Sequence record: CM051313.1
Reading direction: 5' to 3' (one strand)
DNA: 32,000 nucleotides
Positions 21,301 through 29,729 of the stretch are shown one piece after another; the first letter of the stretch is position 1; every line of letters begins with the position of its first letter. The notes beneath the pieces are model-generated. The model ran no database searches and was not told the DNA's origin. It was given only the letters and a program-made list of their open reading frames with translations. Both the position numbers and the translations under genes were made by a program.

Positions 21301-24300
21301 ACAACAAACTCTTTAGTAATTAGAAAAACTACTACTAATTATAAATATAATATTGATTTAAGCGAAGGGGTTGACTTTAAAAAATTAAAAACAAATATGT
21401 TCTCAGCTAGAAAATGTAATAATTTCAAATTGGATACGGCCTTAGAGAGTAAATTATTTAAAGGGCGTCCTACTTTATTAAATTATAAAAATGTAGTAAC
21501 ACAAACCAATTATTTTTCTCCGTTCGAAGGAGAATTATTAGCTACCAAAACATATAAGAATTATTTAGATTTAAACCCGTATCAAAGTTTAAAGGTTGGT
21601 TTAATGCAATTAAATACATCGTCCGCTCTTGCCACTTTAGTTCCAAAAACTAAACGTGCAGGCAATAAGTCAAGCAAACAAAAAATTAAGTTAAATCAAG
21701 GTGAACTTTCCACAGAGCTAGGATCAACAATACCACAAAGTGGCAAACATAAAACTAAAACAGAAAAAATGCGAATGGCCATGTTTAAATATTATTTAAA
21801 AACAATCAATTCTCAAAAAATAATTGGAAATAAAGGTTGGTCACGTTTTAATTTAATTTTAACAAAAAAAGATTTTATTACATTAAAGTATAATAATACT
21901 TTATACCCTAATTTTACTATTTTTTCAGAAATTCAAAAACATTGGCAACCACGTATACAAATGACAAAACCAATACGACCTATTTCGTATGATGAAGTTT
22001 GTTTAAATTATTTATTTTCGGAAGAAATTACAAATCAAGTAAAACTGCAAACATTGGCAAAATTAAACAAAGAAATCCATTTTAATAAATCGTATAACTT
22101 TAATTTAAAAAATCGATGGTTAAAACAAAAACTGGTTATAAACGCTTCAACATCAAAATCAACGTCTTCTTTACTTACTAATATCCATATGGACCAAGGG
22201 GAAGACAAAAAAACATCAGTAGGTGTTTCATTGAAACTACCTGCAATTTATTTATGCGAAGAGGAAGGATTACATACTAATCTTTTTATTCACAAAGCAC
22301 AAAGGTTGTTATATAAAATTAAAATTATCCTTTCAGAAAAAGCGTTAAATGTAGAACATTATTCATGGAACAAAAACAGTTCTTTACAAAAAACTTTTGG
22401 TTACCAAAATGGTATTATTCAAGCAAAGAGTTTATTGCATACTTTACCAACTAATTTAAATTATAATTTAAAATGGATTAATTACAAACAAAAAAACATC
22501 TTTACAACAAATAAGGTAGGTTTCTTTTTCTTAAAAGGGAATACTTTTTTTAATACGTCACAAAAATTATTTAATAAAAAAATAACTAAACAAACTACTT
22601 TTTTAAATGCAACAATCTATAATTTTGGACGTAATAACAAAAATAACTTAATCAGTTATAATAATAGCAATTTTTTAGAAAATACGCATTTTGTAGATTT
22701 GTCCCTTTGTTTGGAATTACAAAAAATTTATCTTAATAAAAATTATTTAAATTTAAAACCAATATTAGATAAAACGATTCATTGTCAAAAACCAACAAAG
22801 GTTTTATTTAAAAAATCGGGTTTTTCTAAAAAACAACATTATTATTTAGAATTTTTAAACACAAAAAATCATAGAAGATTGATTGGCCTTAAGGAGTTTA
22901 ATGACTATCATATGAGTTACTCTAAATCGCAAACTAAAGAAATGTCTAACTTTATAGATAGTTATTATTTTGTAAAACCAATAAATATGGATTGTGCCCA
23001 TTATATCAAACACGAACTTGTTCTGTATAATGATTTAATTACTCACTTTGCATCTTTAAACCTTTATATTTCTAGAGAGCACGGATTAAAAAGCTTAAGT
23101 GCATTTTTTATCAATATTTTAAAAATTTTTATTACTAGTAACCAATCCCAAATTAGCTTGGCTCCTATCGGAATAGATAAATATACCAATATTTATATTC
23201 CCGAAGGGGAAGGGGAAAAAGACATGACAAAAAATGTATTCCAAGTAATAAAAAAATCAGGTCAATTAATTCAAATGAATAAAGAAAAAATGACGTTACG
23301 TTTAGGTCAACCACTAGTTATTTCACCACGTAGTACGATTCACGCTACACATGGAGATTTTATTCGTTATAAAACTCCTGTTGTTACATTAACATATCAA
23401 CAATTAAAAACAGGTGATATTGTACAAGGTATTCCGAAAATTGAACAACTTTTTGAAGCTCGTACTACTAAACGTGGACGTTTATTCCGTGATAATGTTA
23501 CAAATTTACTAACGGGCTTGTTTTTAAAGTATTTCATTAAAAGTACGTATTTGTTACGTAAAACCATGATAGGTTTTTCAAAAAAGCGCTGGAAAAAATC
23601 TATTAAATATACTCTTCCTGTAAATAAACAACCTAATATGCCACGAGTTAACCATACTCTAAATACTACAGTTGGTACTGAACTAGGACGACAATCGAAA
23701 ACTAAAGTGGACAAAAATAAACACTCTATTGCTATAAATAAAAATTTAAATTATAGTAATTTTATTAATAATAAACAAAACCAAACCATTATTTTAGCTT
23801 TAGCTTTACAGTGGGCGGTTAAACAAAGTTTTTATAAAATTCAACAAATTATTGTGGATGGCATTTTACGTGTTTATCGTTCTCAAGGGGTTAGTATTGC
23901 AGATAAACATGTTGAAATTGTGGTAAAACAAATGACATCAAAAGTGCGTATTATTAATTCAAATGCATCCAAAATGAGTGAGTATATGTTTAGTTTAGAT
24001 ACTATTAAAGCAGGTGAAATGCCTGAAACTGACTTACCTGAAGAGGAAGTTTCATTACAACAGAACAAAGCGGTTTCTAAACAAAATGTAGTTGCCCAAA
24101 CAGGTAAAAAACGTAAAAAACGTTTAAGAAAGAGTAAATTATCCGAAAGGGACGTTATCACTACTAAAAGAACAGAAGGTATCGATTCAAGTAAGATCCC
24201 ATCTAGTAATATACCCGAAGGGAAAGTAACACAGAATAATAAGCGTAAATCAACTAGAAAAAATGTTTCTTTAGCCGATCGGGAATTAAAAACACGTAAC

Positions 24301-24762
24301 ACTCTGTCTAACACAACAAAACCAATTCAAATAAGTCAAGTTTTTGAACATAAAGTATTAAATCAATTATTATCTAATAATTTAGATGGTCCAACTGGTT
24401 TATTTCCTGGAGAAATTGTAGATATTGATTTTGTTGAAAATATAAATACTTTCTTATTAAAAACAGCAAGTGTAGATCGAGCATCTCGTGAGACATTATC
24501 TACAGATCCTTTAAATCCAAATAACCAAGTAGCATTTGCTATTGAACCAATAAAATATGAACCTATTGTATTAGGGATTACACGTGCTTCATTGGAAGTT
24601 GAAAGTTTCTTATCTGCTGCAAGTTTCCAACAAACAACACGAGTTTTAAGTCAAGCGGCTTTATATAAGAAAAAAGATTTTTTAAAAGGTTTAAAAGAAA
24701 ATATTATTATTGGTAATTTAATTCCAGCGGGTACTGGTTTTTTATCTAGTTTAAACATTTAA
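15385..24762 (+). CDS. rpoC2: RNA polymerase beta'' subunit, greatly expanded (3125-codon ORF); start codon uncertain
   Basis: Conserved blocks: [95 protein letters not shown] (near 16711), [17 protein letters not shown] (near 23412), [24 protein letters not shown], and [32 protein letters not shown]...[20 protein letters not shown]. Homology starts near codon 105, so the first ATG may not be the true start. Confidence 0.92.
   Translation: [3125 protein letters not shown]
17822..17858. repeat. 37-nt SDR hairpin element inside the rpoC2 ORF
   Basis: TAGGACGTCAGTGGCAGTGGTACCGCCACTGCCTATT, identical to the minus-strand sequence of 4955-4991. Translated here as [13 protein letters not shown]. 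Confidence 0.9.
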
Positions 24763-24810
24763 AATTCTTTCTTTTTGTTAAAAGATTTCTAAAAGTAAAG
24801 TATTAACTTT

Positions 24811-24863
24811 TTAACAAATATAAATTTCTTTCCAATTATTGGAAAGAAATTTATATTTGTTAA
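24811..24863 (+). terminator. rpoC2 3' inverted repeat (26-bp arms)
   Basis: TTAACAAATATAAATTTCTTTCCAAT (24811-24836), loop T, ATTGGAAAGAAATTTATATTTGTTAA (24838-24863). Perfect complement, 48 nt after the rpoC2 stop. Confidence 0.7.
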
Positions 24864-24991
24864 TTCAAAGCTATTTTAGACTCTCTTGAGCTATAATTTG
24901 CGGTTAATTAGAGAAGATAGATCACGGAAATTTACACTTGATTTTTTTTTGAAGAAATGTTATATATATAAAATAGATTTAATTTTTTAAT

Positions 24992-25073
24992 GGGTCGATG
25001 CCCGAGTGGTTAATGGGGGCGGATTGTAAATCCGTTGACTTAGTCTGCGTTGGTTCGAATCCGACTCGACCCA
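24992..25073 (+). tRNA. trnY: tRNA-Tyr (GUA), class II with long variable arm
   Basis: GGGTCGATGCCCGAGTGGTTAATGGGGGCGGATTGTAAATCCGTTGACTTAGTCTGCGTTGGTTCGAATCCGACTCGACCCA. Acceptor GGGTCGA/TCGACCC, anticodon loop TTGTAAA, T loop TTCGAAT. Very similar to land-plant plastid trnY. Confidence 0.93.
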
Positions 25074-25540
25074 GTTTTTAGTAGGAAAAGATATAATATC
25101 GAATTGTATTTATATCAACTTAATGCTAAGGCTTTAAGCATGTCAGTTTTTACACTAAACAAACTATAGTGACTCCTTCAAGGGTTGGATTCTTTTTTAG
25201 CGTAAAGGAAGTAAAACAAAAATAGTCCCACTGTCACAGATTTGCCTATAAAGACAAGGTTTGTCGTGCAGCTCAAAAGGTGGCAAATTAACTTTTATAG
25301 GTATCTTGAAGGTGACATTTTATTTATAAGGTTATTTATAATTTATTATCTAGTATCCTCACTGGGACTGCACAGTCAGTACTGAAAATGAAGTATACCA
25401 AAAATGAGAGCAATTTTCTTTGAGGAACATAAAATTACTTAGCAACGGGAAGCTTTAAGTACTATAAAAGAATATATAACAACCATTTTTAGTTGACAAA
25501 AAAAATAAAAAAATATATAAATATATTTAGTGCAAAAAAA

Positions 25541-25612
25541 TGGGGCGTCGCCAAGTGGTAAGGCTGCGGTTTTTGGTACCGCCATTCGCAGGTTCGAATC
25601 CTTCCGCCCCAG
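25541..25612 (+). tRNA. trnQ: tRNA-Gln (UUG)
   Basis: TGGGGCGTCGCCAAGTGGTAAGGCTGCGGTTTTTGGTACCGCCATTCGCAGGTTCGAATCCTTCCGCCCCAG. Acceptor TGGGGCG/CGCCCCA, anticodon stem GCGGT/ACCGC, loop TTTTGGT, T loop TTCGAAT. One mismatch in the T stem. Confidence 0.88.
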
Positions 25613-25874
25613 TATTAAAGAAAAAATCTAAAAGCCCTGATGGTTGTCTCTTGCGGGTACCACCAATGTTATAAAATGATTCGTGAGCAGACACTTTGTA
25701 CCTTACAGGCTCAAAGGGGACGTCCCGTAAGGGGCAGTGTAGTTATATATGCAAAATGCATTCACTTTGCTACTATGCCGCCCCGACAAAGAATATATCT
25801 CTTTCACTAAAGTCAATAGCAGACTGCTTCGAGGCGACCGTTTTGGTAATTTTTTACATATGTAAAAAATTACG

Positions 25875-25932
25875 TATAATATATAATATAATCTATAATA
25901 TAATCTATAATATAATATATAATATAATATAT
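25875..25932. repeat. 12-nt AT-rich tandem repeat, about 4.5 units
   Basis: TATAATATAATC twice (25882-25905), then TATAATATAATA twice (25906-25929), with partial units on each side. Confidence 0.9.
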
Positions 25933-26822
25933 GTAATTAATCTGAAAATAGATTACTCTTAAAACGGTAATTTTAAAGTAACAACACCGTTTAAAGCAGA
26001 GGAAAAATTACAAAATTAATTCTAAATTAATTTTAATGGTAGCTATCTTAAAACCTTAGATGTTACTAATTCGTGATTAGTTTATGAAGAATGGAACAAA
26101 CACTGCATTAGAAAAAACTAAACCAAGTCTATTTGTTTAGTTTATATTTGATTTTATATTTATCATAAGACAACACCCTTCGAAAGATAAGCGGTAAAAA
26201 ATCTACCATATTTATGGGAATTCAAAATTGCGCAGAATCGAAGGGTATGTCTTCGAAGCATATGCAGTTGGGTAAGGCACTTGTCCTCTTATACTTCAGA
26301 AATATAAAGTATACTCAAATGTTACTCCTGGATGGCTTTGGTATTTAGGCGTAGCATGCAGTAAATATATGGCCAATGGCTCCTCTTTTAGCAAGTTCTC
26401 AACTTAAAATGCAATCTCTTAACGAGAATCTAAAGCTCAGAAATATATTTGAATTAAAATTTCCCACAGGATTATGGCGTAGTCATAATATCAACTAAAA
26501 AATCTTTTTAAATTTTAAAATTTACTTTTTTACGCTTTTGTATGCAAAGTTTGCTTTGCACCTGAATAGTTTTATTAAATTTTTATTTAATGGTAGTTTA
26601 ATAGTAGTAATTTACTTCAATTAAACAAAAAAAATCCTAATTGTTTATCCCTTTAAAAGAGCGCTTAAAGTTTTTTTACTTAGTGAAGTAAAAATACCGC
26701 TCCCTTCTGGTATTTTTTCTTTTGATTTAACAATTAGCATTTTAACCTTTTACTTTTCTCTCAGTGTTATACTGCTTAAAAGTTTTTAGGTCATTAGATA
26801 ATATTTAATAATATTACATATA

Positions 26823-26827
26823 GGGAG
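26823..26827 (+). promoter_or_regulatory. Shine-Dalgarno-like GGGAG upstream of psaB
   Basis: TAGGGAGTAAGACAATTTTATG. The purine box ends 12 nt before the psaB ATG. Function is not demonstrable from sequence. Confidence 0.3.
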
Positions 26828-26839
26828 TAAGACAATTTT

Positions 26840-29047
26840 ATGGCAACTAAACTGTTTCCAAAATTTAGCCAAGGTCTAGCTCAAGACCCTACTACACGTA
26901 GAATTTGGTATGGGCTTGCTATGGCTCATGACTTTGAAAGCCATGATGGTATGACAGAAGAAAATCTTTACCAAAAGATTTTTGCTTCGCACTTCGGTCA
27001 ATTATCTATCATTTTCTTATGGACTTCTGGAAACTTATTCCACGTAGCATGGCAAGGTAACTTTGAACAATGGGTAACTGACCCAGTTCATATTCGTCCA
27101 ATTGCTCACGCTATTTGGGATCCACACTTTGGTCAACCAGCTGTTGAAGCATTCACACGTGGTGGTGCTTCAGGTCCTGTAAACATTTCAACATCAGGTG
27201 TTTACCAATGGTGGTACACTATTGGTATGCGTACAAATCAAGATTTATACGTAGGTTCTGTATTCTTAGCTTTAGTATCAGCAATTTTCCTTTTTGCTGG
27301 TTGGCTTCACTTACAACCAAACTTCCAACCATCTCTTTCATGGTTCAAAGATGCTGAATCTCGTTTAAACCACCACCTTTCTGGTTTATTTGGTGTTAGT
27401 TCTTTAGCATGGACAGGTCACTTAGTACACGTAGCTATTCCAGAATCACGTGGTCAACACGTAGGTTGGGATAACTTCTTATCTGTTTTACCTCACCCAC
27501 AAGGTTTAACACCATTCTTTACTGGTAACTGGGCCGCTTACGCTCAAAGTCCAGATACAGCTAGCCACGTTTTCGGTACTGCTCAAGGTTCTGGTCAAGC
27601 TATTTTAACTTTCTTAGGTGGTTTCCACCCACAAACACAAAGTTTATGGTTAACAGACATGGCTCACCACCACTTAGCTATTGCTGTAATTTTCATTGTA
27701 GCTGGTCACATGTATCGTACTAACTTTGGTATTGGTCACCGTATGCAGGCTATTTTAGAAGCTCATACACCTCCTAGTGGTTCATTAGGTGCTGGTCACA
27801 AAGGTTTATTTGATACTGTAAACAATTCTTTACACTTCCAATTAGGTCTAGCTTTAGCATCTGTTGGTACTATTACATCTTTAGTAGCACAACACATGTA
27901 CTCATTACCACCATATGCTTTCCAAGCAATTGACTTTACAACTCAAGCAGCTCTTTACACACACCACCAATATATCGCTGGTTTTATTATGTGTGGTGCT
28001 TTTGCTCACGGTGCGATCTTCTTCATTCGTGACTACGATCCAGAACAAAACAAAGGTAACGTTTTAGCTCGTATGCTTGATCACAAAGAAGCTCTTATTT
28101 CTCACTTAAGCTGGGTTTCTTTATTCCTTGGTTTCCACACTTTAGGTCTTTACGTACACAACGACGTAATGCAAGCATTTGGTACACCAGAAAAGCAAAT
28201 CCTTATTGAGCCTGTATTTGCTCAATGGATCCAAGCTGCTCACGGTAAAGCTTTATACGGTTTCGATTTCTTATTATCTTCTAAAACTAGTGCAGCTTTT
28301 GCTAATGGTCAAAGCTTATGGTTACCTGGTTGGTTAGATGCTATTAACAACAACCAAAACTCTTTATTCTTAACTATTGGCCCTGGTGACTTCCTTGTTC
28401 ACCACGCTATTGCTTTAGGTCTTCACACTACAACATTAATCCTTGTTAAAGGTGCTCTTGATGCTCGTGGTTCTAAACTAATGCCAGATAAAAAAGACTT
28501 TGGTTACAGCTTCCCATGTGACGGTCCTGGTCGTGGCGGTACTTGTGACATTTCAGCTTACGATGCTTTCTACTTAGCTGTATTCTGGATGCTTAACACT
28601 ATTGGTTGGGTAACATTCTACTGGCACTGGAAACATTTAACTTTATGGCAAGGTAACGTAGCACAATTCGATGAATCGTCTACTTACTTAATGGGTTGGT
28701 TACGTGACTACCTATGGTTAAACTCTTCTCAATTAATTAATGGTTACAACCCATTTGGTATGAACTCATTATCTGTTTGGGCTTGGACTTTCTTATTTGG
28801 TCACTTAATTTACGCTACTGGTTTCATGTTCTTAATTTCTTGGCGTGGTTACTGGCAAGAGTTAATTGAAACTCTTGTTTGGGCTCACGAAAAAACACCT
28901 CTAGCTAACTTAGTATACTGGAAAGACAAACCAGTTGCTCTTTCTATTGTACAAGCTCGTTTAGTAGGTTTAGCTCACTTCTCAGTAGGTTATATCTTTA
29001 CTTACGCAGCATTCTTAATTGCTTCGACTTCAGGTCGTTTCGGTTAA
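26840..29047 (+). CDS. psaB: Photosystem I P700 apoprotein A2
   Basis: 735-aa uninterrupted [61 protein letters not shown] (Fx cluster cysteines) and the C-terminus ASTSGRFG are canonical PsaB. Strong codon bias (CGT, GGT, CCA, ACT). Confidence 0.99.
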   Translation: MATKLFPKFSQGLAQDPTTRRIWYGLAMAHDFESHDGMTEENLYQKIFASHFGQLSIIFLWTSGNLFHVAWQGNFEQWVTDPVHIRPIAHAIWDPHFGQPAVEAFTRGGASGPVNISTSGVYQWWYTIGMRTNQDLYVGSVFLALVSAIFLFAGWLHLQPNFQPSLSWFKDAESRLNHHLSGLFGVSSLAWTGHLVHVAIPESRGQHVGWDNFLSVLPHPQGLTPFFTGNWAAYAQSPDTASHVFGTAQGSGQAILTFLGGFHPQTQSLWLTDMAHHHLAIAVIFIVAGHMYRTNFGIGHRMQAILEAHTPPSGSLGAGHKGLFDTVNNSLHFQLGLALASVGTITSLVAQHMYSLPPYAFQAIDFTTQAALYTHHQYIAGFIMCGAFAHGAIFFIRDYDPEQNKGNVLARMLDHKEALISHLSWVSLFLGFHTLGLYVHNDVMQAFGTPEKQILIEPVFAQWIQAAHGKALYGFDFLLSSKTSAAFANGQSLWLPGWLDAINNNQNSLFLTIGPGDFLVHHAIALGLHTTTLILVKGALDARGSKLMPDKKDFGYSFPCDGPGRGGTCDISAYDAFYLAVFWMLNTIGWVTFYWHWKHLTLWQGNVAQFDESSTYLMGWLRDYLWLNSSQLINGYNPFGMNSLSVWAWTFLFGHLIYATGFMFLISWRGYWQELIETLVWAHEKTPLANLVYWKDKPVALSIVQARLVGLAHFSVGYIFTYAAFLIASTSGRFG

Positions 29048-29112
29048 TGTAATGTACTTTATTTACTACCTCATCAGATCAGCATATACGTGCGACCCGA
29101 TGTGGTACTTTT

Positions 29113-29154
29113 AAATCGGTTAGACATTTAGTAATATAAATGTCTAACCGATTT
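29113..29154 (+). terminator. psaB 3' inverted repeat (18-bp perfect stem)
   Basis: AAATCGGTTAGACATTTA (29113-29130), loop GTAATA, TAAATGTCTAACCGATTT (29137-29154). It lies 66 nt after the psaB stop. Confidence 0.75.
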
Positions 29155-29407
29155 TATAATGCGTAAAAAACCTTATTTCACTACTAATGAAGTCTTTAGA
29201 TATATATTTATATTACAGATGATACAGTTAACAAGTTATTCCCACTGTGGTTCTTAAAAAACACTTAAGTAAAAACACATAACTCCACGTAAGCGCATTT
29301 TCTTACAATCAAAGAATGCCAATTGTTCTTTGCTTGTTGTAAAAGAAAAACTAGGCTTTTTCTTTGAAAACATTTCAGCATATTCAACAACTTTTATAGA
29401 TTGGTTT

Positions 29408-29480
29408 AGCGGATGATGGGACTCGAACCCACAACCTCGAACTTGGAAGGATCGCACTCTACCGATTGAGTTACATCCGC
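29408..29480 (-). tRNA. trnG: tRNA-Gly (UCC)
   Basis: The minus strand reads GCGGATGTAACTCAATCGGTAGAGTGCGATCCTTCCAAGTTCGAGGTTGTGGGTTCGAGTCCCATCATCCGCT. Acceptor GCGGATG/CATCCGC, anticodon loop CTTCCAA, T arm GTGGG-TTCGAGT-CCCAT. One T-T mismatch in the anticodon stem. Confidence 0.9.
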
Positions 29481-29650
29481 TTTAGTATGTTACTATTTCT
29501 TTTATTATAACTTATAAAATATAATACATAAAGATAAATTCTATAATAAAAAGCTAAGATTTTATTTTTCTGGCACATCGTAATTTATAAAGACAGGCAA
29601 ATTTAAACAAAAGATAACTTTAGAACTTAATTTTAAAAATGTAAAATGAT

Positions 29651-29715
29651 GTTTAGGTATTTAACCTAAACACCATAAAAATAAAAACGATGTTTATGCT
29701 ATTCACATAAACATC
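29651..29715 (-). terminator. Two inverted repeats in the rbcL 3' UTR
   Basis: GATGTTTATG (29689-29698) pairs with CATAAACATC (29706-29715), and GTTTAGGT (29651-29658) pairs with ACCTAAAC (29664-29671). The first lies 15 nt downstream of the rbcL stop. A pair of 3' stem-loops fits what I recall for this gene. Confidence 0.65.
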
Positions 29716-29729
29716 ATGAAAAATAAAAA

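Noticed and set aside
25696-25962. ORF 25696-25962 (+), 88 aa
   Set aside because: It starts at a non-ATG codon just before an SDR fragment and runs through the 12-nt tandem repeat (IIYNIIYNIIYN), so it is an artefact of the repeat staying in frame.
29254-29457. ORF 29254-29457 (-), 67 aa
   Set aside because: Its 5' part is simply trnG(UCC) read as protein on the same strand (MRSFQVRGCGFESHHP). The tRNA call explains the sequence.
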